A stretch of 64,000 nucleotides of DNA from an uncultured Woeseia sp. (lineage in GTDB: Bacteria; Pseudomonadota; Gammaproteobacteria; Steroidobacterales; Woeseiaceae), in assembly GCA_964630795.1 (NCBI GenBank), contig CAZVWF010000004.1:1182-65181 (forward strand), written 5' to 3'. The notes under the pieces were generated by a model. That model ran no database searches and was not told the origin of the DNA. It worked only from the letters and a program-made list of their open reading frames with translations. This document shows, in pieces, positions 10,127-18,869 of this stretch (its first letter is position 1; every line of letters begins with the position of its first letter). The position numbers and the translations under genes were made by a program.

Positions 10127-10975
10127 CTAGCGAATCGTTTCGCGTTCGACGAGCTCGTCGATCATATCCAGGAGCTGCGGGTAACCACCCGCCTCTGCTG
10201 CGCCCGTCCGGTACTTGCCGTTAACGACCACTGTCGGAACGCTGGAAATACTGTAGCGGCGAGCGAGATCCTGGGCGACACGCAGTTTCTGCGACACCTC
10301 GAAGGAGTTCCAGGTGCTGTTGAAGTCAGCGGAGCTGACACCGTGCTTGCCGAACAACTCCTCGATGGATTCGACCGAGGCCAGCCGATTGCCACGACGG
10401 TGATACTCGGCAAATACCGCATTCCGGAAGGTTGCCGGGTCGGCGATCTTGCCGTTGTTCACGAGGACTTCTTCCGTGTAGTAGAGCCGTGCGTGTAGTT
10501 GTACCAGTGGGTTCCAGGTGGCAGGAATACGGACGAAGCGAACATTGGCCGGGATGTCCTCTTTCCAGCGATTGATGAACTCCTCGAAGGTGTAGCAGTG
10601 ATTGCAGCCGTACCAGAAGATTTCGGCGACTTCGATCTTGTCGGCGCCACCGACGGTTGGTTGAGCCGGCACCATCCGGGCGAAATGCCTGCCTTCCTCG
10701 TACTTCCAGTCGCGCGTTACCGCCGGCAATTCTTCCTGCGCCAGGATGATCGGCTGATCAGTGGCTTGGGTTTCTTCCTCTTCCGCGGCCGATTCCTCGA
10801 CCATTTCCGGCTGTGCATCGTCAGCCACCGGCGTTTCGACCGGCGCAGGCGTTTCGACGACCGTGGGCGCAGCCGGCTCTGCCGCAACGGGTTGCTCTGC
10901 AACAGGCGCGTCACTGCCGCCACAGGCTGCGATCAGGAGAGACGTAAAGAATGCGAGAATACTAAAACGCTTCAT
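10127..10975 (-). CDS. dsbA: DsbA-family thiol:disulfide oxidoreductase, predicted lipoprotein with long acidic linker
   Basis: Lipobox LLIAAC, then a roughly 70-aa Pro/Glu/Ala-rich linker, then a thioredoxin fold with FWYGCNHCYTFE (CxxC). It sits next to cytochrome c4, as dsbA does in pseudomonads. Confidence 0.75.
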   Translation of the reverse strand: MKRFSILAFFTSLLIAACGGSDAPVAEQPVAAEPAAPTVVETPAPVETPVADDAQPEMVEESAAEEEETQATDQPIILAQEELPAVTRDWKYEEGRHFARMVPAQPTVGGADKIEVAEIFWYGCNHCYTFEEFINRWKEDIPANVRFVRIPATWNPLVQLHARLYYTEEVLVNNGKIADPATFRNAVFAEYHRRGNRLASVESIEELFGKHGVSSADFNSTWNSFEVSQKLRVAQDLARRYSISSVPTVVVNGKYRTGAAEAGGYPQLLDMIDELVERETIR

Positions 10976-11046
10976 CGGGATTACTCCGGGCTGGGAAAGT
11001 CCAGACCAGTATCTCTGACCGACTTTCCCGGGGTTGGTTTAACAAG

Positions 11047-11667
11047 CTACTGCAAACCTTGCATGTAAGAGGCAACGGCGACGATTTCTTCTTCACTTAG
11101 CGTCGCAGCGATATCACGCATTACGCGTGTCGGACCATCGGACTTGCGGGCACCACTGGCATAAGCGCGCAGTTGCGCCGCTGCATAAACGGCATACTGA
11201 CCGCGAATGGCGGGTACGGAGTTCGCCGGATTGCCGAGCCCTGTCGGGCCATGGCAGGCGATGCACGCGCTGGCGCGCGACTCACGATCGCCGCCACGAT
11301 AGAGACGCTGGCCGAGGCTGATGACAGACGGGTCCGCCACGGATTTCGCTGCCGGCGGCATGCCTTCGTAGTACACGGACAGGTTGCGCATATCTTCTTC
11401 TGTCAGGGTCATGACCTGGCCGAGCATCAGGGGTTCCGATCGGGTGCCGTTCTTGAATGCCTGCAGTTGCTCGACCATGTAGGTCGCGTGCTGTCCTGCG
11501 ATGCTGGGCCATACCGGGTTCACGCTGTTGCCGTCCTGGCCGTGACAGGCCGCACAGGTAATAGACCTGGCCTGGCCGGCCTGGGCATCGCCTTCCACCA
11601 GGCCATCTGCCTGGGCGATGCCGGAGAAAAAGACGAGGGTGGCCAGGGCCGCAAATTTGTTCTTCAT
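11047..11667 (-). CDS. dihaem cytochrome c4
   Basis: Signal peptide MKNKFAALATLVFFSGIAQA and two CxxCH motifs (CAACHG, CIACHG). The tracked start at 11721 is judged an extension. Confidence 0.85.
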   Translation of the reverse strand: MKNKFAALATLVFFSGIAQADGLVEGDAQAGQARSITCAACHGQDGNSVNPVWPSIAGQHATYMVEQLQAFKNGTRSEPLMLGQVMTLTEEDMRNLSVYYEGMPPAAKSVADPSVISLGQRLYRGGDRESRASACIACHGPTGLGNPANSVPAIRGQYAVYAAAQLRAYASGARKSDGPTRVMRDIAATLSEEEIVAVASYMQGLQ

Positions 11668-11895
11668 ATCCTTAAAACCGTACTCGATCGAGCGACAGGT
11701 TAACTGCCGCGAAAATGTCATTGCAATTAAACCGATAAGGGACGTGACGTCAATCCGTGATTCCGCGGATTCGCGCCTGTGTGGCGGCGATTACGGAATC
11801 GGCCGGTGGCCTTGCTGTCGGCCGCCGGAGCCGTCAAAATCTAGGGCCCTTCGGCCAGCAAGCCCCAAATTATACACACATCGGGGCCAGTTCCC

Positions 11896-12486
11896 ATGTC
11901 GCAATTCCCGGATGCACGCTTCATTCTGAGCGCTAATGCGCCTGCCCAGTTCCTCCCTGACAGAGGCTCGGAAGTGGCCGTCGCCGGGCGCTCGAATGCC
12001 GGCAAATCCAGTGCGATCAATGTGATCGTGAATCGTCGGCAGTTCGCACGGACCAGCAAGACGCCCGGCCGTACCCAGCTCGTCAATTTCTTTGAATTGC
12101 GCCCGGACCAGCGCCTGGTCGATCTTCCGGGTTACGGTTTCGCCAGGGTCTCCGACAAGGTCCGGGACCATTGGGGGCGGCTGCTACAGGAGTACTTTGA
12201 GTCGCGCGAGAGCTTGACGGGCCTGTTGCTGGTGGTCGATATCCGTCGCCGACTGACAGCCTTCGATGAGCAGATGCTTGCGTTTGCGGAGTCGGTCTCA
12301 CTGCCGGTGCACCTGTTGCTGACCAAGGCAGACAAATTGAAAAGGGGCCAGGCTGCGACCGCGCATCTTGAGGTGGCGAGAGCGCTGGGTGATCACGCCT
12401 CGGTCCAGCTGTTTTCAGCGCTGAATCGCCAGGGCGTGGACGAGGCGCGTGAGGTCCTGAACCGCTTTCTCGAAGAGACGGAATAA
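11896..12486 (+). CDS. engB: ribosome-biogenesis GTPase YihA/EngB
   Basis: G1 motif GRSNAGKSSAIN, size about 196 aa, and the conserved cc4-engB-polA neighbourhood. Confidence 0.9.
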   Translation: MSQFPDARFILSANAPAQFLPDRGSEVAVAGRSNAGKSSAINVIVNRRQFARTSKTPGRTQLVNFFELRPDQRLVDLPGYGFARVSDKVRDHWGRLLQEYFESRESLTGLLLVVDIRRRLTAFDEQMLAFAESVSLPVHLLLTKADKLKRGQAATAHLEVARALGDHASVQLFSALNRQGVDEAREVLNRFLEETE

Positions 12487-12513
12487 AAAAACCCCGGTTG
12501 CGAACAACCGGGG
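12485..12513 (-). terminator. rho-independent terminator, strong on minus strand (UUCG tetraloop plus U7); may also stop engB on plus strand
   Basis: 9-bp stem ccccggttg/caaccgggg with a 4-nt loop (cgaa on plus, UUCG on minus). An A7 run on plus gives U7 after the stem on minus. On plus only a weak UUG follows the stem. Confidence 0.8.
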
Positions 12514-12593
12514 TTGAGACAGGCAACAGGCTTGGGGTGGCCGTGTTGCTACCCCGCTTAGGGAGGTAAGCGGGAAAGTGACCAACTCACTCA
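12485..12593 (-). ncRNA. candidate sigmaE/AlgU-dependent small RNA (positional analogue of Spot 42 / ErsA next to polA)
   Basis: It lies between a sigmaE-type promoter and a strong minus-strand terminator and contains no ORF. Internal hairpin CCCGCUUA-CCUCCC-UAAGCGGG (12574-12553) and a GCAACA...UGUUGC hairpin. The 5' end is inferred at plus or minus 3 nt. Confidence 0.5.
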
Positions 12594-12598
12594 GATAC

Positions 12599-12626
12599 TT
12601 TGATCCGTATCTACCCGACAAGTTCC
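12599..12626 (-). promoter_or_regulatory. extracytoplasmic-stress sigma (RpoE/AlgU)-type promoter
   Basis: The minus strand reads GGAACTT (12626-12620), 16 nt, TCAAA (12603-12599). This matches the GGAACTT-N16-TCAAA consensus core. An A-rich segment (CGAAAACGA) lies upstream. Confidence 0.55.
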
Positions 12627-12690
12627 CTCGTTTTCGATGGTTTGATTATTTGGCCCGATCTTTGCCGATCGGTCGACAGGACGGCCCTAC

Positions 12691-12709
12691 AAAAGACCGA
12701 AAACGGTCC
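12691..12709 (-). terminator. weak hairpin plus U4 immediately after polA stop
   Basis: The minus strand reads GACCG-UUUU-CGGUC followed by UUUUG. The stem is only 5 bp. Confidence 0.3.
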
Positions 12710-12722
12710 AGATGCGCTGAGA

Positions 12723-15422
12723 TCAGTGTGCTTCGTCCCAGTTGGAACCGACCCCGGCGTCGACTTTCAGCGGGACTGCCAGGTCGGCGGCGGCACTCAT
12801 CAGGGCGATGATGTCCTCGCGCACGTCGTCGACCGATTTTTCTGCGACCTCGAAGACGAGTTCGTCGTGCACCTGCATGATCATTGTCGCCGGCGCCTTG
12901 CTGTCTTCGATCCAGGTCTGCACCGTGACCATCGCGCGCTTGATGATGTCGGCCGCTGTCCCCTGCATCGGTGCGTTGATCGCGCTGCGCTCGGCGTACT
13001 GGCGTCGCTGCACATTACGGTCGTTAATCTCCGGCAGGTACAGGCGACGGCCGAACTCGGTCTCGACGTAGCCTTCCTGGCGAGCCCGGTCACGAATGTC
13101 ATCCATGAATTGTTTAACCCCGGGATAGCGGTCGAAATAAAGGTCCATGTATTCCTGGGCCTGGTCCCGACCGATACCGAGCTGCTTGCCCAGACCGAAG
13201 GCGGACATGCCATACATCAGGCCGAAGTTAATGGCCTTCGCCGAACGTCGGTGGTCGACCGTGACAGCGTCCGTGTCCAGCTCGAATACCTCGGCTGCAG
13301 TTGCCGCATGCACGTCGCGGTCATCGCCGAAGGCGGCAAGCAGACCCTTGTCCCCGGACAGGTGCGCCATGATGCGCAACTCGATCTGGGAATAGTCCGC
13401 AGCGAGCAAAACGGTGCCGTCGGGGGGCACGAAAGCCTGGCGAATCTTGCGGCCTTCGGGCGTACGAATCGGGATGTTCTGCAGATTGGGGTCGGTTGAC
13501 GAGAGACGTCCGGTTGCCGCGACTGCCTGGTGATACGAGGTATGAATGCGACCGGTGGTTTCCGAAATCTGCAGCGGCAGCTTGTCGGTGTAGGTGCTCT
13601 TCAGCTTACTGACGCTCCGGTACTCAAGGATGATACGGGGCAGGTCGTAGTCGTCCGCGAGTTTCTGGAGGACGTCTTCTGCCGTCGATGGCTGACCCTT
13701 GGGCGTCTTGTGAAGGACGGGCAATCCGAGTTCCCCGAACAGAATTTCCTGCAGTTGCTTCGGGCTGCCGAGGTTGAATGGTCCACCGGCGTGCTCGTGC
13801 GCCAACGCTTCCAGCGCAGCCATCGTTTCCGCGAGTGCGCCGCTTTGCTTTTTCAGCATGCTGCGATCGAGCAATACACCGGTTTCTTCCATGCCGAGGA
13901 GGACGGGAACCAGCGGTTGCTCGATATCTTCGTAGACGGACTTAAGCGATGGCGTCTTCTGTAATTCGTCCCAAAGGTGCTCATGGAGCTTGAGCGTGAT
14001 ATCTGCGTCTTCCGCCGCGTAGGGGGCCGCCTGTTCCAGGTCGACCTGGTTAAACGTAAGTTGTTTGGCACCCTTGCCGGCGACATCCTCGTAGTGAATC
14101 GTGTTGATGTTCAGGTAGAAGCCTGCGACTGAATCCATGTCGTGACGCGTAGCGACACTGTTCAGCACATAGGACTCGAGCATCGAATCAAATGCCATGC
14201 CGCGAAGCGAGATGTTGTAGCGCGCGAAAATGTGCGCGTCGTATTTCAGGTGGTGGCCGACTTTCTTTTTTCCCGGGTCTTCCAGGAACGGCTTCATTGC
14301 GGCCAGCACGTCATCGCGGTCGAGTTGATCGGGTGCGCCGGGATAATCGTGCGCAACCGGAATGTAGGCTGCCTCACCGGTTTCGACGGCCAAAGAGATG
14401 CCGACCAGTTCGGCTTCCATGTAATTGATGCTCGTGGTCTCGGTATCGATTGCGACCAGCGCCGCTGATTCGACCTTTTCCAGCCAGCGGTCAAAAGCGT
14501 TCCGGGTGAGGACGGTTTCGTAGTCGCCCTTGTTGCTGGCGACCGGCCCGGACTCCACTTCGTCGTCCCCGGCTCCATCAAGCTGACTGAGCATGCGCCG
14601 CAATTCGAACCGGGTGAAGATTTCCCGAAGGGAGTCGTTGTCCGGCGTGGCCCGCTTCAGTTCTGCCGGTTCATCGCCCAGTTCAACATCTTGTCGAATG
14701 GTGGCGAGTTCGCGTGACAGGGACAACTGTTCCAGGTTGTCGCGCAGGCTTTCCCCGACTTTTCCCTTGATGGCTTCTGCGTTCTCGACTATGCCGTCGG
14801 CCGTTCCGTATTCATTGAGCCATTTGGCCGCGGTCTTGGCGCCGACCTTCGGAACGCCCGGAATGTTGTCCGATGAGTCGCCGACGAGTGCGAGCCAATC
14901 GATGATCTGTTCGGGAAACACGTCAAACTTCTCTTTGACGCCGTCGCGATCGAGCACGGCGCCGGTCATCGTATTGACGATCGTCACCCGGTCATTGACG
15001 AGCTGTGCCATGTCCTTGTCGCCGGTTGATATCAGGACGTCCATCCCGGCCGCTGCAGCCTGTCGGCTCAGCGTGCCGATCACATCATCGGCTTCGACGC
15101 CCTCGATACGCAAAAGGGGCAGGCCCATTGCGGGAATCGTATCGAGCAGGGGCTGAATCTGTTCGCGGAGATCGTCGGGCATGGCGTCCCGGTTCGCCTT
15201 GTATTCCGGATAAAGGTCGTCACGAAAAGTCTTGCCCGGCGCGTCGAAGACCACGACGAAATGCTCGGTGTCCTCTTCCGCCATCAACCGGGCGATCATG
15301 TTCAGTACGCCATGAATGGCGCCGGTGGGCTCGCCACGTGAACTGGTCAGTTTCGGTAGCGCGTGGTATGCGCGGTACAAATAAGAGGAACCGTCCACCA
15401 GGACGATTTTGCCGTCGCTCAT
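12723..15422 (-). CDS. polA: DNA polymerase I
   Basis: 899 aa. N-terminal 5'-3' exonuclease, a 3'-5' exonuclease region, and family-A polymerase motifs (DYSQIELRIMAHLS, QVHDELVFE). Confidence 0.97.
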   Translation of the reverse strand: MSDGKIVLVDGSSYLYRAYHALPKLTSSRGEPTGAIHGVLNMIARLMAEEDTEHFVVVFDAPGKTFRDDLYPEYKANRDAMPDDLREQIQPLLDTIPAMGLPLLRIEGVEADDVIGTLSRQAAAAGMDVLISTGDKDMAQLVNDRVTIVNTMTGAVLDRDGVKEKFDVFPEQIIDWLALVGDSSDNIPGVPKVGAKTAAKWLNEYGTADGIVENAEAIKGKVGESLRDNLEQLSLSRELATIRQDVELGDEPAELKRATPDNDSLREIFTRFELRRMLSQLDGAGDDEVESGPVASNKGDYETVLTRNAFDRWLEKVESAALVAIDTETTSINYMEAELVGISLAVETGEAAYIPVAHDYPGAPDQLDRDDVLAAMKPFLEDPGKKKVGHHLKYDAHIFARYNISLRGMAFDSMLESYVLNSVATRHDMDSVAGFYLNINTIHYEDVAGKGAKQLTFNQVDLEQAAPYAAEDADITLKLHEHLWDELQKTPSLKSVYEDIEQPLVPVLLGMEETGVLLDRSMLKKQSGALAETMAALEALAHEHAGGPFNLGSPKQLQEILFGELGLPVLHKTPKGQPSTAEDVLQKLADDYDLPRIILEYRSVSKLKSTYTDKLPLQISETTGRIHTSYHQAVAATGRLSSTDPNLQNIPIRTPEGRKIRQAFVPPDGTVLLAADYSQIELRIMAHLSGDKGLLAAFGDDRDVHAATAAEVFELDTDAVTVDHRRSAKAINFGLMYGMSAFGLGKQLGIGRDQAQEYMDLYFDRYPGVKQFMDDIRDRARQEGYVETEFGRRLYLPEINDRNVQRRQYAERSAINAPMQGTAADIIKRAMVTVQTWIEDSKAPATMIMQVHDELVFEVAEKSVDDVREDIIALMSAAADLAVPLKVDAGVGSNWDEAH

Positions 15423-15453
15423 CAGCTTGTTGGCGGGTAGTCCCGCTCCCGTT

Positions 15454-15636
15454 TTAGTTCTGGATTGTTATCGGCGTGTCGTCGTCTTCGTCACGATCTT
15501 CATCGACCTGGGCGTTCTCCTGCGGCGGCGTGGTCAGCCGCACCGCATTCGGGTCGCCCGGCAGAAACAATGGCCCTTTCTGGCCACAACCGGCGAAAAC
15601 AAAGGTCGCCAGCAGCGCAACGGCGATACGTTTCAT
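15454..15636 (-). CDS. lptM: small lipoprotein, LptM/YifL-like
   Basis: MKRIAVALLATFVFAGCGQKGPLFLPGDP matches the YifL/LptM hallmark (lipobox followed by KGPLY/FLP) and is followed by an acidic tail. The start is chosen at the Met preceding the signal peptide. Confidence 0.6.
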   Translation of the reverse strand: MKRIAVALLATFVFAGCGQKGPLFLPGDPNAVRLTTPPQENAQVDEDRDEDDDTPITIQN

Positions 15637-15779
15637 TAAATTATTCATGACAATGTTCCGGATGGTATACCACATCGCCCTGCAAATCCGTGATGCAGCG
15701 TACCGGGTCTTGATCCGGAATTGACCGGAGCAAGCGCATTTCCATTACACTGCACGCCTTTTGGCAGGAATAGCGACGC

Positions 15780-16463
15780 ATGGAAAAACCGGAAGTGGTC
15801 GAAGTGGATCCGGGTCCGGATCCGGATGGTGCGGTCATCTGGCTTCACGGGCTGGGCGCCGATGGACACGATTTCGAGCCGATCGTGCCCGAACTTGATC
15901 TTGGTGACGAGGCCCGGCTGCGATACGTGTTTCCGCACGCCCCTGTTCGTCCGGTTACGATCAATGGTGGCATGAGTATGCGGGCGTGGTACGACATCAT
16001 GACGCTCGAACGCGGCGGGCCGCAGGATGAAGAAGGTATTCGCGCCAGCGGCGATATCCTCGAGGGATTGATCATGCAGGAGCAAGAGCGTGGTATTCCC
16101 TGCCAGAAGATCGTGGTCGCCGGCTTTTCCCAGGGCGGCGCGATTGCATTGCATACGGCTACGCGATTCAGCGAGCCGCTGGGCGGCCTGATGGCGCTGT
16201 CTACCTATGTACCGCTGCGTGACACCCTGGACGCTGAAGTTTTCAACAATGCACAGTCACAATCCCGGGATCTGAAGATATTCATGGCCCATGGCTCGTT
16301 TGACCCCGTTGTCCCTGTGGAACTCGGTGAAAGCTCCAGGGACCTGCTGCAGGACAACGGTTTTTCGGTCGAGTGGCGTGACTACCCGATGGCGCATGCA
16401 GTGTGCGCGGAGGAAATTACGCATATTCGCAACTGGTTGGGATCGATCTACCGGCCGTCCTGA
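15780..16463 (+). CDS. carboxylesterase/phospholipase family alpha/beta hydrolase
   Basis: Nucleophile elbow GFSQGG, about 227 aa, and a C-terminal ...MAHGSFDPVV...H segment typical of this family. Confidence 0.75.
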   Translation: MEKPEVVEVDPGPDPDGAVIWLHGLGADGHDFEPIVPELDLGDEARLRYVFPHAPVRPVTINGGMSMRAWYDIMTLERGGPQDEEGIRASGDILEGLIMQEQERGIPCQKIVVAGFSQGGAIALHTATRFSEPLGGLMALSTYVPLRDTLDAEVFNNAQSQSRDLKIFMAHGSFDPVVPVELGESSRDLLQDNGFSVEWRDYPMAHAVCAEEITHIRNWLGSIYRPS

Positions 16464-17221
16464 TAACCGATCCCAAATCGATACATTTCCTCGCCAGTGT
16501 TTTCGCCGCTCGCATCGAATCGGCGCTCGGTCACTGCCACTGTATCGTCGTTGCGCCAGCGCATGACGGTGGTGCACCGGGTGCCGTAGTCTGGCGCTAC
16601 GATGAATGGCGCAGTCACGGCACGTGCCAGTTCGAACGGCAGGGCGTCATCTTTCACATCGGCCACCGGCGCGGGTGCCCGGTCGGACAGAATCCCGATT
16701 AGTGTGTCGTCGTCGATATCGCCGGTTTCGAGCGCTGCGGCCAGGCGATCACGACTGCGAACGAGCTTTGACCATGGCGTGTCGAGCGTCGCATTGCTGA
16801 GTCCGTAAATTCCCGGCGCGAGCTGGACAGGGCTGTCGCCACGATTCGAGACGTACCAGAGCGCGTCGCCCGCCGCCACGAGCAGGCTGAAGCCGGCGTA
16901 TCGCTCATCCTCGATCTGGCGGACAAACGCTTCAGGTGAGCTGCCACCGGTAACGAAGTCCGTGACCAATTCACCTCGGGACTGAAGGCCGGCCTTGTTC
17001 GGCTGGCCTTCGCGGTAATTGGTCACAGTGGCAAACCGGCCCATTCGACTGGCGGCAAGCCAGGTACCGCCGGCCTTAAGGTCCCGGCCTGCGAGAATCC
17101 CTGGCCGGTCTGGCCACCAGTGCAATTCCCGGGTCGGACGCGCGTGAAGTTCATCGCGGTTGGCGGCAAGCACCAGGCGATAGCCCGGATGTGACTGCCA
17201 CGCAAAAACAATCAGGCACAT
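16448..17221 (-). CDS. NRDE family protein (TANGO2-like)
   Basis: N-terminal MCLIVFAW and the ANRDE motif (LAANRDELHARP). Confidence 0.7.
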   Translation of the reverse strand: MCLIVFAWQSHPGYRLVLAANRDELHARPTRELHWWPDRPGILAGRDLKAGGTWLAASRMGRFATVTNYREGQPNKAGLQSRGELVTDFVTGGSSPEAFVRQIEDERYAGFSLLVAAGDALWYVSNRGDSPVQLAPGIYGLSNATLDTPWSKLVRSRDRLAAALETGDIDDDTLIGILSDRAPAPVADVKDDALPFELARAVTAPFIVAPDYGTRCTTVMRWRNDDTVAVTERRFDASGENTGEEMYRFGIGYQDGR

Positions 17222-17230
17222 CGTGTTGAC

Positions 17231-18112
17231 TCAGTGACCGTCGAGCCAGCCGTCGACGAGACGTCGTGCGATGGAGAGTCGGAAGGGTAGTTTCGGAAAC
17301 CCGGATTGCAATTCCTTGCGCGTGAACCATTGCGCGTCCTCCAGTTCGCCATCCTTCAGCTGAATATTCAGCGACGTGGCTTCGGCCGTGAAGCCGAGCA
17401 TCAGCGATGAGGGAAATGGCCAGGGTTGTGAGCTGTGATAGTGCACGGCGCCCACATCAATGTTGGTCTCTTCGTCGACCTCGCGACGGACGGCGTCCTC
17501 GAGGCTCTCACCGGGCTCGACGAATCCTGCGATCGTCGAATAGCGTCCTTCCGGCCAGCTCGCCTGTCGTCCGAGGAGGCAGCGTTCGCCGTGGGACACG
17601 AGCACGATGATCGCCGGATCGACACGTGGAAAAATCTGCTCGCCGCAATCGCCGCCGGTACATCGCCGGGTGTTGCCGCCTGAAACGGCGAAAGTCGCGG
17701 CGCCACACAAACCACAGAACTTCTGCATTCGGTGCCAGTTAATCAGTGCAATCGCATGGGCAACGAGGTTGGCCTGCTCGACCGGCAACGCGCTACCGAG
17801 GTATCGGAGGTCGTGGAACTGGCCATCGTCCGGGAAGGGCGGATCCTCGCACCCGATGTCGAAAGCAAACGCCGGCTTTCCTTCGAACATTCCGAGAAAC
17901 ACCGACTCCTCGGGCGCCAGCACCGGATCGACTTTCGCGTGTGGCAACAGCGCCACGCCGGGTGGATCGCCGTCGACGAGGCACTTGTCATGCCAGACGG
18001 GCGCAAAGCACGCATTCGGACTTCTTATCGTGCGTGCCAGCCAGTCCGGGTCCTGTCGCCGGTGACCGGAGCGGTCCACGAAGGCACCGGCAAAAACATT
18101 GAGGTTCTTCAT
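17231..18112 (-). CDS. nudC: NAD(+) diphosphatase (NADH pyrophosphatase)
   Basis: Zinc ribbon CGLCG...C..GDCG, Nudix box GFVEPGESLEDAVRREVDEETNI, and the NudC-specific SQPWPFP. The start is at MKNLNVF (ATG 18112). The tracked extension to 18259 would overlap the upstream gene. Confidence 0.85.
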   Translation of the reverse strand: MKNLNVFAGAFVDRSGHRRQDPDWLARTIRSPNACFAPVWHDKCLVDGDPPGVALLPHAKVDPVLAPEESVFLGMFEGKPAFAFDIGCEDPPFPDDGQFHDLRYLGSALPVEQANLVAHAIALINWHRMQKFCGLCGAATFAVSGGNTRRCTGGDCGEQIFPRVDPAIIVLVSHGERCLLGRQASWPEGRYSTIAGFVEPGESLEDAVRREVDEETNIDVGAVHYHSSQPWPFPSSLMLGFTAEATSLNIQLKDGELEDAQWFTRKELQSGFPKLPFRLSIARRLVDGWLDGH

Positions 18113-18159
18113 GCGCTGCAGAGTGTACCGAAATCGTCTGCTGGCAACGGCACATTCCG

Positions 18160-18726
18160 TCAGCCGGTGTCCTGGCGGTCGCTCAATAAACAGCTTGGAC
18201 AGATGCGCCGGTCGAGTGCATAGGCGTCCTGAACGTAGCGACTTCGGCAGGTACGGCACTGGGCGAGATAAAGTTCATCATCCATGCTGATGCTGCGCAG
18301 AAGGTTCCAGGCCCATTCGAAGCTGAGCGCCGGGGACGGGTGAAGGAGTACGTAGGTTTCGTAGGCCCGGCAGACCCGGTGTCCGTATTCGACATCCGGG
18401 CGCGGCCAGCACGCCTGGACACGATTGCCGGGGTCCACCCGAAGCAGCAGGCTGGCACAAAATAGCGCGACCAGCGTGGTGGCCTCGAGCTGATTGGCCG
18501 GTGTTTTGACGTACATACCGATCTGTTGCGGCGACTTTCCGCGTCGCCGCCGGACCGGTTGCGGGCCCGTGTCTCTGAAGTAAGTGGCGTAAACTTTGCG
18601 AATCCGGTCGTCACTCAAACCGGTGCACTCGCGAATCGTGCGGGTCCGGGCCTCGTGCTGAATCATCCGGAGAGCCAGCTCGAACTGGGCTTTTTCGCCC
18701 GCATAGCGGTTATCCGTGAGTCGCAT
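18160..18726 (-). CDS. FlhC-family transcriptional regulator-like protein
   Basis: Colinear with E. coli FlhC as I remember it. N-terminal helical region (ELALRMIQHEARTRTIRECTGLSDDRIRKVY), central region (CRAYETY...EWAWNLLRSI) and a C-terminal 4-Cys zinc site (CRTC...CPSC). Confidence 0.6.
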   Translation of the reverse strand: MRLTDNRYAGEKAQFELALRMIQHEARTRTIRECTGLSDDRIRKVYATYFRDTGPQPVRRRRGKSPQQIGMYVKTPANQLEATTLVALFCASLLLRVDPGNRVQACWPRPDVEYGHRVCRAYETYVLLHPSPALSFEWAWNLLRSISMDDELYLAQCRTCRSRYVQDAYALDRRICPSCLLSDRQDTG

Positions 18727-18869
18727 ATATATCCGTTTATGCCAATTATGGACTGCATATTTTCAGTGTCGAAAATCTATTATCTCCAAGTGGTTATTTA
18801 ATAAAAAATAGTGTTTTTCCGTATTGCGCCTAAAAACAGGTGCAAACGGATTTTTGGGGAGATTCAGAC
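18727..18869. promoter_or_regulatory. AT-rich divergent control region between the FlhC-like and FlhD-like genes
   Basis: It is conspicuously AT-rich compared with its surroundings (e.g. TTATTTAATAAAAAATAGTG). It is bounded by an 8-bp inverted repeat, ATCCGTTT (18731-18738) and AAACGGAT (18844-18851). Confidence 0.4.

Noticed and set aside
12600-13499. A 299-aa plus-strand ORF antisense to polA. Similar long antisense ORFs occur at 775-1509, 1522-2376, 19544-20410, 26233-27036, 54267-55064, 55787-56413 and 63135-63917.
   Set aside because: They lie fully inside well-supported genes on the opposite strand. Their composition is Arg/Ala/Gly-rich and low in complexity, with no recognisable motifs. 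These are typical shadow ORFs of GC-rich DNA.
18113-18259. The N-terminal extension of nudC in the ORF track (start at 18259). Similar upstream extensions appear at 2352, 5683, 7203, 9155, 11721, 21270, 24515, 37414, 38525, 39773 and 52249.
   Set aside because: The extended starts overlap upstream genes or precede obvious signal peptides or conserved N-termini. The downstream ATG or GTG codons fit known family N-termini and coupling overlaps.
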